Source: Candidatus Latescibacterota bacterium
GTDB taxonomy: Bacteria > Latescibacterota > UBA2968 > UBA8231
NCBI GenBank assembly: GCA_965221775.1
Contig: CBDCSU010000006.1
Coordinates: 1,792,001 to 1,856,000, forward strand
Direction: 5' to 3'
Length of the DNA: 64,000 bases
Each line of letters starts with the position of its first letter. Within the stretch, counting starts at the first letter, position 1. The translations under genes were made by a program, and so were the position numbers. The notes below the pieces were generated by a model, which saw only the letters and a list, made by a program, of their open reading frames with translations, made no database searches and was not told the DNA's origin. Shown piece after piece: positions 1 to 9,512 of this stretch.

Positions 1-306
1 CACGACCTGGATTCTGGAAGCGGCCTGGAACCAGGTCACCGTGTGGTAGACGGCAAACAGAAAGGCGACGCCGTAGAGCGCCACGGCGCCCGGCCTGCTC
101 AGCGAATCCCGCAGGTTCGCGTAGGCCTCCGGCCCCCTGGACAACTGGAAGAACTCGTAGAGGTAGACCAGCACGAAGAGAGCGATGAAGACGCTCGACA
201 ACTCGCGCATCATGAACAGGAAGTAGCTCCTCGACTTCAGCCACCAAGTGGCCGACATCTCGGGCCGGTAGACCTTGGACGAGGTGTACGAACCCGGCTG
301 GCTCAT
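1..306 (-). CDS. frdC: Fumarate reductase membrane anchor subunit C (3' end runs off the window)
   Basis: Manual translation from ATG at 306 gives MSQPGSYTSSKVYRPEMSATWWLKSRSYFLFMMRELSSVFIALF...YHTVTWF. This matches the FrdC pattern (Y.RPM..TWW....Y..YM.RE...H..TWF). It directly follows frdB and is absent from the ORF track because it is truncated. Confidence 0.85.
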   Translation of the reverse strand, partial: MSQPGSYTSSKVYRPEMSATWWLKSRSYFLFMMRELSSVFIALFVLVYLYEFFQLSRGPEAYANLRDSLSRPGAVALYGVAFLFAVYHTVTWFQAASRIQVV

Positions 307-316
307 GGCGTCCCCT

Positions 317-1063
317 TCACTTTCCTCCGAAGGGCATGAGAATCGACTTGAACCAGTGCTGGGTGGCGGCCACCTTCGTACGCTGAATCGCCGCGGCCGG
401 ATCGACATCCTTCGGGCAGACCTCCGAGCACTCGCCGACGAAGGTGCACTCCCAGATACCCTGACTCGAGGCGACGACCTCGGCACGCTCGTCGTTGCCC
501 TGGTCGCGGCTGTCCAGGTTGTAGCGATGGCCCAAGGCCAACGCTGCCGGGCCGATGAACTCCTGCTCCCGTCCATAGACAGGGCAGGCCGAGTAGCAGA
601 GCATGCAGTTGATGCACATGCTGAACTGCTTGAACTCCTTGAGTTCCGCCGGCGACTGCAGGTACTCGCCGTCACTGACCGGTTTCTCTTCCTCGCGCAC
701 GATCCATGGCTTGACGGCCTTCAGCTTGTCCATGAAGTCGTCCATGTCGATCACCAGATCGCGGATGATCCCGAAGTTGGCCAGGGGCTCCACGCGGACC
801 GGGTCGGGATAATAGTCGCGCAGGAAGGTGGCACATGTGAGCTTGGGTTCTCCGTTGACCATCATTCCGCAACTGCCGCACACGCCCATGCGGCACGACC
901 AGCGGTAGGACAGGGACTCGTCGACCTCGTCCTTGATGTGGTTGAGGGCATCGAGGAGAACCCAGTCTTCCCGATAGGGGATCTGGTAGTCCTGTGTCGA
1001 GGGCTTCTCGTCGGCCTCGGGGTTGTAGCGCGTGACGGAGAGGGTGATCTTGGCGTCGCTCAT
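317..1063 (-). CDS. frdB: Fumarate reductase/succinate dehydrogenase iron-sulfur subunit
   Basis: Cys clusters [23 protein letters not shown] and [12 protein letters not shown]. Start MSDAKITL overlaps the frdA stop (TGATG). Confidence 0.95.
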   Translation of the reverse strand: MSDAKITLSVTRYNPEADEKPSTQDYQIPYREDWVLLDALNHIKDEVDESLSYRWSCRMGVCGSCGMMVNGEPKLTCATFLRDYYPDPVRVEPLANFGIIRDLVIDMDDFMDKLKAVKPWIVREEEKPVSDGEYLQSPAELKEFKQFSMCINCMLCYSACPVYGREQEFIGPAALALGHRYNLDSRDQGNDERAEVVASSQGIWECTFVGECSEVCPKDVDPAAAIQRTKVAATQHWFKSILMPFGGK

Positions 1064-2781
1064 CAGTACTTCCGCTCCTCGGGCTGCCAGCGCGTGATCG
1101 TGGCCGGGAGGTACTCGATCCTCGGGTCCCCGCCTCCCGGGTCGCGAATGGCCAGGGAGTGGGAGAGAAAGCGGCCGTCGTCCCGGGATTCGTGGTCGGA
1201 GCGGGCATGGGAGCCCCGGGACTCTTCCCGCAGCAGGGCGGAGTGGGCGAGGGACTCCGCCACGTCGAGCATGCACCCGAGTTCGAGGGCCGTGGTCAGC
1301 TGGGTGTTGAAGACCAGGGAGTGATCGTCGATGCGCACCCGCTGGTAGCGCTCCTTGAGGGCGCGGATCTGCTCGCAGGCGATGGTCAGGTCCTCGGCCG
1401 TGCGGTAGATGCCGGCGCCCGACTCCATCGTCCCCTGAAGGTCGGTGCGGATCTGGCTCACCTTTTCGGTACGACCCTCGTCCTCGCCCAGCAAGGTGGA
1501 CCGGATGCGCTCCTCCTCATCGCGGACCAGGGCCTCCAGCACCCCGGATCGGGGGCTGTCCTGTTCGCTGGCGGAACGCCCGGCGGCCCTCCCCGCGCGG
1601 GCACCGAAGACCAAACACTCGGTCAGGGAGTTGGAGCCCAGGCGATTGGCGCCATTCAGGCTCACGCAGGCCGTCTCACCGGCGGCGTAGAGGCCGGCCA
1701 CGGGGGTGGCGCCGTCGATGTCGGTGTGGACGCCACCCATCATGTAGTGGACGACCGGGCGCACCGGAATCGGTTCGTGGACGGGGTCGATGCCCACATA
1801 GTTGCGGGTAAGCTCGCGCACGAAGGGCAGTTTCTCGTCGATGGCCTTCTCGCCAAGATGCCGCAGATCCAGATGCACGTATTGCCCGTGCTCACCTTCG
1901 AAGACCCGTCCCGCCCGCATCTCGTGGACGAAGGCGCGGGAGAGGATGTCACGGGGCCCGAGCTCCATCTTGCCGGGCACGTACTCGCTCAGATACCGGT
2001 CCCCCTCGCTGTTGACCAGGTACCCCCCCTCACCCCGCGAGGCCTCCGTCATCAGGATTCCGGTGACCGGCAACCCTGTCGGATGGTACTGAACGAACTC
2101 CATGTCCTTCAGGGGGCAGCCGGACCGATAGGCCATGGACATGCCGTCGCCGGTCTTGATGGCGGCATTCGTCGTGAAGGGGAAAACCCGTCCCCCGCCG
2201 CCCGTGCACAGGATGACAGACCGGGCGGGAAGGGCGTGCAGGCCTCCTTGGTGAAGGCTCAGGGCGCCGACGCCGCACACCCTGCCATCGTCGACGAGCA
2301 GAGAGGTGACGTACCACTCGTCGTAGCGGTGGATCCGGCTGTGTTTCAGCGATGTCTGAAACAGCGCGTGCAGCATGTGGAAGCCGGTCTTGTCGGCGGC
2401 GTAAAGGGTGCGCTTCGTGCTCATGCCGCCGAAGGCGCGCACGCTGACTCGGCCGTCCGGGTCACGGCTCCACGGACACCCCCAATGCTCAAGCTGAATG
2501 AGCTCCCCGGGTGCCTCTTTGACGAAAGCCTCGACCACGTCCTGATCTGCGATAAAATCCGATCCCTTGATCGTGTCGTAGGCATGGGAGTCGAGACTGT
2601 CGTCGTCACGGACCACGGCGGCCGACCCGCCTTCGGCGGAGACCGTATGGGAGCGCATGGGGTAGACCTTGGACACCAGGCCGACGTGGATGTCGGGGTC
2701 GGCCTCGACGGCGGCGATGGCGGCGCGCAGACCGGCGGCCCCGCCCCCGATGATGAGGACGTCGAGTGAGGGGGGGGTCAT
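1063..2781 (-). CDS. frdA: Fumarate reductase flavoprotein subunit
   Basis: GGGAAG FAD-binding motif, [10 protein letters not shown] covalent-FAD His, [28 protein letters not shown]. Confidence 0.95.
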   Translation of the reverse strand: MTPPSLDVLIIGGGAAGLRAAIAAVEADPDIHVGLVSKVYPMRSHTVSAEGGSAAVVRDDDSLDSHAYDTIKGSDFIADQDVVEAFVKEAPGELIQLEHWGCPWSRDPDGRVSVRAFGGMSTKRTLYAADKTGFHMLHALFQTSLKHSRIHRYDEWYVTSLLVDDGRVCGVGALSLHQGGLHALPARSVILCTGGGGRVFPFTTNAAIKTGDGMSMAYRSGCPLKDMEFVQYHPTGLPVTGILMTEASRGEGGYLVNSEGDRYLSEYVPGKMELGPRDILSRAFVHEMRAGRVFEGEHGQYVHLDLRHLGEKAIDEKLPFVRELTRNYVGIDPVHEPIPVRPVVHYMMGGVHTDIDGATPVAGLYAAGETACVSLNGANRLGSNSLTECLVFGARAGRAAGRSASEQDSPRSGVLEALVRDEEERIRSTLLGEDEGRTEKVSQIRTDLQGTMESGAGIYRTAEDLTIACEQIRALKERYQRVRIDDHSLVFNTQLTTALELGCMLDVAESLAHSALLREESRGSHARSDHESRDDGRFLSHSLAIRDPGGGDPRIEYLPATITRWQPEERKY

Positions 2782-2844
2782 GTCGGGGTTGTGGATCGAG
2801 GGACCGGTAGAACTACCGCGGAACCGCTGCGGCCGGCCTCAGAG

Positions 2845-2868
2845 CCGAGGCGACCGGAAGCGCCTCGG
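2845..2868. terminator. Hairpin between rpmA and frdA (possible terminator or RNA stabiliser)
   Basis: CCGAGGCG-N8-CGCCTCGG perfect 8-bp stem; no strong U-tract. Confidence 0.35.
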
Positions 2869-2923
2869 TAAGGGGCCTGGTTCACGACAATGGCGACCCG
2901 GTGGCCGTACAGCACGGTCTGGA

Positions 2924-3184
2924 TCAGGCGGTGACGGGCTCGATGCGGACTCGCTTGCGGCGGCGGCCGGCCGATTCGAAAACGACCCGGCCGTCGACAC
3001 AGGCGAAGAGGGTATCGTCGCCGCCTTTGCGGACATTCTGACCAGGGTGAATTCGAGTGCCCCGCTGGCGGATGATGATGGTCCCGGCCTGAACAGATTG
3101 GCCGCCAGCGCTCTTGACTCCCAAGCGCTTGGAGTTGCTGTCACGACCGTTCCTGGAGCTGCCAACGCCTTTTTTGTGTGCCAT
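2924..3184 (-). CDS. rpmA: 50S ribosomal protein L27
   Basis: [24 protein letters not shown]...IIRQRGT; short form with no N-terminal extension and no prp gene. Confidence 0.98.
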   Translation of the reverse strand: MAHKKGVGSSRNGRDSNSKRLGVKSAGGQSVQAGTIIIRQRGTRIHPGQNVRKGGDDTLFACVDGRVVFESAGRRRKRVRIEPVTA

Positions 3185-3195
3185 GCGGGATTCCG

Positions 3196-3513
3196 TCAGT
3201 TCGGGGCAACGATGCCGTCGATCTTGAGCTCGGTGTAGTCCTGCCGGTGCCCGTTGCGGCGGCGGTAGTTCTTCCGGCGCTTGATCTTGAAGACCACGAT
3301 CTTCTCGGCCCGCCCGTGACCAAGGACGGTCGCCTCCACCGATGCCCCGTCGACATGGGGGCTGCCCACATGCGTGCCGCTGTCCGTGCGAAGGAGCAGG
3401 ACCTGGGAAAGCACCTGCCTGTCGCCCTCTTGCAGGGCCAGCCTGGGGACGCGGACTACTTCCCCCTCCTCCACCTGAATCTGCTTGCCAGCGATATCGA
3501 CAACGGCGTACAA
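3196..3513 (-). CDS. rplU: 50S ribosomal protein L21
   Basis: MYAVV..GKQ..V..G...[28 protein letters not shown]; TTG start with AAGGAGG RBS. Confidence 0.97.
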   Translation of the reverse strand: MYAVVDIAGKQIQVEEGEVVRVPRLALQEGDRQVLSQVLLLRTDSGTHVGSPHVDGASVEATVLGHGRAEKIVVFKIKRRKNYRRRNGHRQDYTELKIDGIVAPN

Positions 3514-3537
3514 GGATCCTCCTTCAGCGAACCGCAG

Positions 3538-3569
3538 AAGCTACGGGGGGGCTCCTGATCTGTCAATTC
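3538..3569 (-). promoter_or_regulatory. Sigma70-type promoter for rplU-rpmA
   Basis: TTGACA-N17-TAGCTT on the minus strand; the -35 overlaps the rng stop codon. Confidence 0.7.
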
Positions 3570-5089
3570 CGGTATTCGGCGGTCACGTCGAGGTGTCGCT
3601 TCACCGAGTAGAACCGGTAATCCTGGGGTGTCATCTCAGCGTCCTCCTCGATGTCCAAGCGCGCCTTGGTGGCCTTGCGCATGTCCTTCAGGCGGTCGCC
3701 GTTGTCCGACCGCATGTATGTGGCCACGTCGGGGTGGACCCGGAGCCGGAAGCGCCGCTCCCCATTGCCCGCGTAGGCCCGGCGCAACCAGCGCTCGATC
3801 TTGGTGATCGTCGTGTCGGGCCCCATGACCCTGCCTGTCCCGGCACACACCGGACACGGCTCTGACTGAGTGTGAAGCAGGTTCGGGCGCACTCGCTGGC
3901 GCGTCATCTCGATCAGGCCGAACTCGGAGATCCGGGCGCTGATGGAGACCTTGGCGCGATCCCGGCGCACCTGCTCGATCATGGCATCCACGAGCTTCCT
4001 GCGGTTGCGCTCGTCGTGCATGTCGATGAAGTCGATGACGATGATGCCTCCGATGTCGCGCAGGCGCAGTTGGCGGGCGACCTCCCTGGCCGCTTCCAGG
4101 TTGGTATGCAGGATGCTCTCTTCCTGATCGCGCTTGCCGGTGTTTCGCGCCGAGTTCACATCGATGAAGGTGCCGGCTTCGGCATGGTCGATGACCAGGG
4201 AGCCGCCCTTGCGCATTCGGACCTCGCGTTCGGTGACCTTCTCCATCTCCTTCTCCACCTTGAAGTGGTCGAAGATCGGTTTCCGGTCCCGATAGAGCTC
4301 CACCCGCTCTCGCAACTCGGGGGAGACGCTCTTGAGGTATCCGATGATCTCGCGGTGCAGCTCCCGCGAGTCCACCACCAGTCGGTCGACGTTGTCGGTG
4401 AAGAGATCCCGTATGATGCTCGACGTCATTCCCAGCTCCTGGTGCACCAGGGCCGGGGCCGGGGCCCGGCGGGCCTTCTTCTGCAGGCGCCGATAGGCGC
4501 GGTGCAGCTGTTTCAGGTCGCGCCGGAAGTCCTTCTCCTGCTGGCCTCGTCCCTCTGTGCGCACGATCACGGAGAACCCCTCCGGCAACTGCTTCCGCAC
4601 TACCTCCCTCAGTCGCCGGCGCTCATTCCAGTTGCTGATCTTGCGGGACACGCCCACCCAATCCCCGTTGGCCATGAGCACGACGAACCGGCCGGCCAGG
4701 GCCAGTTGAGTGGTGATGCGGGCGCCCTTGGTGCCAATCGGCTCCTTCGTGATCTGCACGAGCAGTTCCTGGCCCTTCTTCACAAGGTCCTGGATCGGAG
4801 GATACTGGCGGGGACGACGGCCGTTTCTGCGGCCGCTGTCCTCCTCCTCGTTCTCTGCCTCTACCAAGTCCCGGACTTGGAGGAAAGCGGTCCGCTCCTG
4901 CCCGATGTCGACGAAAGCAGCCTGCAGGCTCGGCAGGACGGCAGTCACCTTGCCCTTGTAGATGTCTCCGACCATTCGCTCCGCTTCCGGGCGTTCCACC
5001 CAGATTTCGGCCAGCTCACCTTCCTCGACTATGGCGATACGGGACTCGTGAATTCCCTGGTTGATGAAGATCTCCGTTCCCATTCTCAC
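3563..5089 (-). CDS. rng: Ribonuclease G/E family endoribonuclease
   Basis: S1 domain (GDIYKGKV...AAFVDIG), IDVNS, RQLRLRDIGGIIVIDFIDM and Zn-link CPVCAGTG; no long C-terminal scaffold. Confidence 0.92.
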   Translation of the reverse strand: MRMGTEIFINQGIHESRIAIVEEGELAEIWVERPEAERMVGDIYKGKVTAVLPSLQAAFVDIGQERTAFLQVRDLVEAENEEEDSGRRNGRRPRQYPPIQDLVKKGQELLVQITKEPIGTKGARITTQLALAGRFVVLMANGDWVGVSRKISNWNERRRLREVVRKQLPEGFSVIVRTEGRGQQEKDFRRDLKQLHRAYRRLQKKARRAPAPALVHQELGMTSSIIRDLFTDNVDRLVVDSRELHREIIGYLKSVSPELRERVELYRDRKPIFDHFKVEKEMEKVTEREVRMRKGGSLVIDHAEAGTFIDVNSARNTGKRDQEESILHTNLEAAREVARQLRLRDIGGIIVIDFIDMHDERNRRKLVDAMIEQVRRDRAKVSISARISEFGLIEMTRQRVRPNLLHTQSEPCPVCAGTGRVMGPDTTITKIERWLRRAYAGNGERRFRLRVHPDVATYMRSDNGDRLKDMRKATKARLDIEEDAEMTPQDYRFYSVKRHLDVTAEYRN

Positions 5090-5240
5090 TCCGACAGGGG
5101 GACGCAGGGTCCCCGTGATTTCAGTTTTTTCAGATATTCGCCCCTTGAGGTTGCCGCAGAAGGCGCGCTCGAAGGCGGCAGCCCTGCAGGACGACCTCTG
5201 GGGGACATGTGCGGTTCCGCGGCCGGGAGAGCGGGGAGGG

Positions 5241-7139
5241 TCACTCCGTTCCTCCGGACAGCACGCGGTCGTACTCGGTCGGATCCCGCAGCAGCGTCAC
5301 GGCCGCCCTCACTTGGGGATCGTCTTTCAGGGCGACGATGAGGCTCTCCTTGCGCCCCTCGACACGCAGGGCCAGCTCGCGCCGCAACTCGGACCGCAGG
5401 TAGCCCTCGAGGTCCGCCGACAGGGGATCGGTCCCTTCCTGGCGCCGGACGGTCGATTCGAGGCTGTCGATCCGCGCCCGGACGGCCCCGTCCCATCCGG
5501 ACTCGTCCGCCAACCGCCTCAGCCCCTCCAAGGCCCGGTGGAGCTTCCGGCCGCGGGCGACCCCGGCGGCCGAGCCGGGCAGGTACTCGCGGAAGGCAGC
5601 CATCATCGCGTCGTCCACCTCCGGTGGGAGTGGGTCCCCGCCCTCTCCCGTCCGGCCCACATAGTCCACCACGAAGTCGAAGAAAACCCGGTGGCGACGC
5701 AACTCCTGGACATACGGCGGCGGGACCACCCCCTCGACGACGAGATCCGGCTCGATTCCTCCGCTGCCGTAGACCAGCCTGCCCCCGTTCGTCCTGAAGG
5801 AAGCGCTGTCCGCACCCGTGTTGTCCGATCTTGGGGTTCCCCGGCCGGCGAGGTCTCCCAGAGTTGTCCGGAGGATCTGCTCGGGTAGTTTGCCGTCCAG
5901 CTCGAACCGGGCCCGCAAGCGATCTCCTGCGACATCGACGTCAGGGGAGGAGAGCACCACGGACAGCAACTGGCCGCCCGGCAGACTGACGTCTCCGAAG
6001 GGGACCTGCTGCAGCAGACCCGGCAGGGCGAGAGATTCCCGGTGGATGCTGCGCCCGCTCGGGGTGAAATACAGGGCCGTGGTGAGTTTCAGGGCAGCGC
6101 GATCCTCGTCCCGAAGATCGAAAATCGTCTGGACGGATCCCTTGCCGAAAGATGTCGTCCCCACCACAAGGCCGCGGTCGTTGTCCTGCACCGCACCGGC
6201 GACAATCTCCGCGGCGCTCGCGCTCCCCCCGTCGATCAGGATGACGAGCGGCAGATGCGGTGACGGGGGCCGACGCTCCGAGCGCTTGGTCTCCTCGCGC
6301 CGGCCGGAGCGCTCGCGGACGGAGACGATCGGGGCCCCTCTCGGAAGGAACAGGTCCGCCACTTCCGCTGCCTGGCTCAGCAGTCCTCCGGGGTTTCCCC
6401 GGAGATCCAGGATGAGGCCCTTCACGTCGAGGGCGAATATCCGCTCCAGGGCGGCTTCCATCTCCGCCGACGTCTCCTCCGAGAACCGGGTCTGGCGCAT
6501 GCTGATGTAACCGATCCCCGGCAGGATCTCCTCGGCGACCGCGACGCTGCGGATCTGGATCATCTCACGGACGATGACCAAATCCCAGTTTTGGAGCACC
6601 CCCCGCCGGTCGACGGTGATCCGTACCGAGGTTCCCGGCTCTCCGCGCAGGTCGGTGACCACTTGCTCCAACGAGCGCCCGAAGGTCTCCCTGCCTTCGA
6701 TTGCCACGATCAGATCACCAGGCAGCAGCCCTGCCCGGTCGGCCGGGGTGCCCTCGATAGGGGCGATCACCACCGGGGTCCGATCCTTGATGCCAACCGT
6801 GATCCCCAGACCGGCGAATCGCCCCGTTGTATCCTGGCGGAGCTGTCGCAAGCCCTCCTCGTCGAAGTACTGGGTATAGGGGTCCAGTTGCCGCAGCATC
6901 CCTTCGATGGCGGCCCTCATGATGGCATCGTGATCCACGGGATCGTAATAGTGCTCGATCACCCGCGCGTACACCGATCCGAAGCGGTCCCAGCTGTCAT
7001 TCAGGGATTCGTAGCGGTCATCCGGCTCACAATTGGCCGGTGGTATATGGCCGATCAGCGCCGCAATTGCGGTCGTTAGTGGAGTCAGTCTCCAGATCCC
7101 CGGGCGCTCTGAGGTTCTCATATCGTCGATTCGGCTCAT
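5241..7139 (-). CDS. ctpA: Carboxyl-terminal processing protease (S41A, PDZ) with an extra helical insertion
   Basis: LDPYTQY, PDZ GLGITV, ILDLRGNPGGLL, SASAAEIVAGA (catalytic Ser), SFGKGSVQ (Lys), GGIEPD. Start placed at ATG 7139 overlapping the tmk stop; ATG 7121 is an alternative. Confidence 0.9.
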   Translation of the reverse strand: MSRIDDMRTSERPGIWRLTPLTTAIAALIGHIPPANCEPDDRYESLNDSWDRFGSVYARVIEHYYDPVDHDAIMRAAIEGMLRQLDPYTQYFDEEGLRQLRQDTTGRFAGLGITVGIKDRTPVVIAPIEGTPADRAGLLPGDLIVAIEGRETFGRSLEQVVTDLRGEPGTSVRITVDRRGVLQNWDLVIVREMIQIRSVAVAEEILPGIGYISMRQTRFSEETSAEMEAALERIFALDVKGLILDLRGNPGGLLSQAAEVADLFLPRGAPIVSVRERSGRREETKRSERRPPSPHLPLVILIDGGSASAAEIVAGAVQDNDRGLVVGTTSFGKGSVQTIFDLRDEDRAALKLTTALYFTPSGRSIHRESLALPGLLQQVPFGDVSLPGGQLLSVVLSSPDVDVAGDRLRARFELDGKLPEQILRTTLGDLAGRGTPRSDNTGADSASFRTNGGRLVYGSGGIEPDLVVEGVVPPPYVQELRRHRVFFDFVVDYVGRTGEGGDPLPPEVDDAMMAAFREYLPGSAAGVARGRKLHRALEGLRRLADESGWDGAVRARIDSLESTVRRQEGTDPLSADLEGYLRSELRRELALRVEGRKESLIVALKDDPQVRAAVTLLRDPTEYDRVLSGGTE

Positions 7140-7777
7140 CGGTAGGGGAAGTTCCGAAAACGGCCCCGGAGACACCGCTCGATGGAGGCCGCCACCTCCT
7201 GGACCCCGGGACTGGCGTTGAAGAGGAAGCACCGATCCGGGTCCTTCCCCGCCAACTGGCGGTAGGCGAGGCCGACACGCTTCTGCAAGGCCTCGCCCGC
7301 AGCCTCGATCCTGTCCCCGTCCTCCCCTCGGTGGCCCCTCCGCCGACGGGCCTGCTCCAGGGAAAGGTCCAGGAAGATGGTGGCATCCGCCTCCCGTCCG
7401 CGTGTTGCTACCTCGTTGACAGCCGACACGAGCTCGGGCCCGAGCCCTCTCCCCGCCCCCTGATAGGCAAAGGAGGATGCCGCATATCTATCGCTGATCA
7501 CCGGCTTCCCGGATGCCAGCGCCGGCTCGATCAACTCCTGCAGGTGCTGCCTCCGACTCGCCCCATAGAGGAGAAGCTCGGCCACGTCATCCAGCGCCTT
7601 CAATCCCGGGTCAAGAACCAGGGATCTGATTCGCTCCCCCGCCTCTGTGCCTCCCGGCTCCCGGGTCTGGACGATCTCGTGGCCCTCTGCGCGCAGCCGA
7701 TCGCACAGGATCTGGCACTGGGTGCTCGTGCCCGAACCGTCCGGTCCCTCGAAGACCACGAAGAGTGGCGACTTCAT
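7136..7777 (-). CDS. tmk: Thymidylate kinase
   Basis: FVVFEGPDGSGTSTQ P-loop (Lys replaced by Thr), TREPGGT, ISDRY..SSFAYQG, DRIE. Confidence 0.92.
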   Translation of the reverse strand: MKSPLFVVFEGPDGSGTSTQCQILCDRLRAEGHEIVQTREPGGTEAGERIRSLVLDPGLKALDDVAELLLYGASRRQHLQELIEPALASGKPVISDRYAASSFAYQGAGRGLGPELVSAVNEVATRGREADATIFLDLSLEQARRRRGHRGEDGDRIEAAGEALQKRVGLAYRQLAGKDPDRCFLFNASPGVQEVAASIERCLRGRFRNFPYR

Positions 7778-7848
7778 GCTCTTGCGGAACGGCCGACAGG
7801 GGGTGAGATAGGGGCCAATCTGCGGCCCATAAGCGGGACGGACAGCCT

Positions 7849-8466
7849 TTACGGGCTCGGACTCGAATGCGATGGGGGAGATGAAGCCTTGAGCCTGTTC
7901 CGGATATGGGCGAGGCGCTCAATGACAGTATAGTTGGTCGTAACCGCGAGCAGAACAAGGACGAATGCGAGGCCTTCATGCCCCACCAGTCCGCCGGCCG
8001 CCAAGGCGACCAGGCGTTCCGGGCGCTGCATGAAACCAACCTTGCAGTCCTGTCCCAGCCCCTCGGCCCGGGCGCGCACATAGCTCACCATGAGCGATCC
8101 TGAGAGGGCGAAGAACAGGATGCCGCTCAGGACCCACTCGCCGCCGCGGACCAGATAGGCGCCGATACCGAAGTAGAGGAAGATCTCGGAGTAGCGGTCC
8201 GTCGTCGAGTCCAGCAAGGCACCGAACTTCGACTCGCTGCGCCCCTCCCTGGCCACCTGGCCGTCAAGGACGTCGCACAGTCCTGCCACCAGCATGATGG
8301 CAGCCCCCCAGCGCAACTGGCCCATGGCAAAGGCCGCAGTGGCGACCACGTTGAAGAACAGTCCGAGCATGGTGAGCCAGTCGGGGCGGCAGCCCAACCG
8401 GATGAAGAGCTGGGCCAATGGCCGAAGCGCGCGCCTGACGCCGGACTGGAGCTGCGAAACGATCAA
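7849..8466 (-). CDS. CDP-alcohol phosphatidyltransferase, phosphatidylinositol-phosphate synthase-like
   Basis: DVLDGQVAR...FGALLDSTTDRYSE signature plus SLMVSYVRARAEGLG and GFMQRPER, typical of the PIPS/AIPS subgroup. Confidence 0.8.
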   Translation of the reverse strand: MIVSQLQSGVRRALRPLAQLFIRLGCRPDWLTMLGLFFNVVATAAFAMGQLRWGAAIMLVAGLCDVLDGQVAREGRSESKFGALLDSTTDRYSEIFLYFGIGAYLVRGGEWVLSGILFFALSGSLMVSYVRARAEGLGQDCKVGFMQRPERLVALAAGGLVGHEGLAFVLVLLAVTTNYTVIERLAHIRNRLKASSPPSHSSPSP

Positions 8467-8495
8467 GGGGGCAATTCGGTTAGCGAGTCAACTGT

Positions 8496-8792
8496 TGCGG
8501 ATAGGCGGATCTGAATATACACGCTGTCCACAGAGGGCGGCAAGGCGTGTTCGTCCACGATTGGTGATAGCCTTTGCGTCTCCGTGGGAAGAGCCTCCCC
8601 GATGGGTTTCCCCTTCCCTTGGCAGCGGAAGCTAGGGACGGCCAGCTAACAGGAAGGGTTGCATATGGATAGCACATCGCCCCGCCTGTGTTGTTTCGCT
8701 TGCGCTCTTGTGGATGATCGCGGGCTGTGCCTTTGAAGAGGCCCTGCTTTTCCACCGTGATTTCCACACCCGTTGGTCTCATGTGTGGGCAA
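8496..8792. promoter_or_regulatory. Cluster of DnaA-box-like 9-mers
   Basis: TGCGGATAG 8496, CTGTCCACA 8524, TCGTCCACG 8551, TATGGATAG 8664, TGTGGATGA 8709, TTTTCCACC 8748, ATTTCCACA 8760, TGTGGGCAA 8784 (1-3 mismatches to TTWTNCACA). Confidence 0.5.
8514..8543 (-). promoter_or_regulatory. Putative promoter for the phosphatidyltransferase-tmk-ctpA unit
   Basis: TTGCCG-N18-TATATT on the minus strand, with a DnaA-box-like CTGTCCACA (8524-8532) in the spacer. Confidence 0.45.
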
Positions 8793-9417
8793 ACGGCTGC
8801 CAGAAGGTGTGCCGGGAGCAACTGGAGGGCCTCTGGCCGCATCGCCGCCCCGCTCGATGGACAGAGGCCGGGGGCAGCGTGACCAGCAGATAGCCATCCG
8901 GTGCCAAGACGTGGGCCACCAGAGTCGCAATCTTCTCCGGGTCCGCCACCGCCCGGGCGAGGACGACATCTGCTCGTACCCCCGGGCGCCAGTGCTCGAC
9001 CCGATCGTGGACGACCTCGGCGTTTTCTAGCGAGAGCTCCCGAGTCACGGCCCGGAGGAAGGAGGCTCTGCGGCGACGGCTCTCCACCAGCGTGAACCGG
9101 GATGCCGGAGAGGTGATCGCCAGAGGGATGCCGGGGAAACCGGCCCCCGCCCCCAAGTCAATCACGCTCCCGTGGCGCACCTTGAGAATGGATGGCCGGA
9201 GCCGGAGAGAGGGCACCACGTGCCTCTCCCAGACCGAGCCGCGGTCAGTTTCTGACACCAAGTTCAGCTTTTCGTTCCAGCGCCCGAGAATTCGGAGATA
9301 GTCCATCAGGCCAGCGGCCGCGGCCTCCAGGGCCCCGGGGGGCATGTCGGGGCACAGCTTCCCCAGAACCGCGAGGTCGCGGGCCTGTGCCGGCCTGCAA
9401 TCAGGCTCGAGGCACAT
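8779..9417 (-). CDS. rsmG: 16S rRNA m7G527 methyltransferase RsmG (GidB)
   Basis: WNEKLNLVS, WERHV, IDLGAGAGFPGIPLAI, LVESRRRRASFL, ARAVA. Confidence 0.93.
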   Translation of the reverse strand: MCLEPDCRPAQARDLAVLGKLCPDMPPGALEAAAAGLMDYLRILGRWNEKLNLVSETDRGSVWERHVVPSLRLRPSILKVRHGSVIDLGAGAGFPGIPLAITSPASRFTLVESRRRRASFLRAVTRELSLENAEVVHDRVEHWRPGVRADVVLARAVADPEKIATLVAHVLAPDGYLLVTLPPASVHRAGRRCGQRPSSCSRHTFWQPFAHT

Positions 9418-9463
9418 GGATCACACCAAAGGAGGGGCGGTCCTCTCCGTTCCCGACGAGGGT

Positions 9464-9479
9464 TGTTCCACGTGGAACG
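9464..9479. promoter_or_regulatory. parS centromere site 1
   Basis: TGTTCCACGTGGAACG palindrome matching the parS consensus TGTTNCACGTGAAACA; close to the origin. Confidence 0.85.
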
Positions 9480-9512
9480 CTACCGAGAGCGTCGACGGAA
9501 GACCACCGTGAG

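Noticed and set aside
8570-8700. Possible riboswitch or ncRNA in the rsmG-phosphatidyltransferase gap
   Set aside because: No Rfam-type consensus was recognisable by eye, and DnaA-box-like motifs explain the region better. An Infernal scan would settle it.
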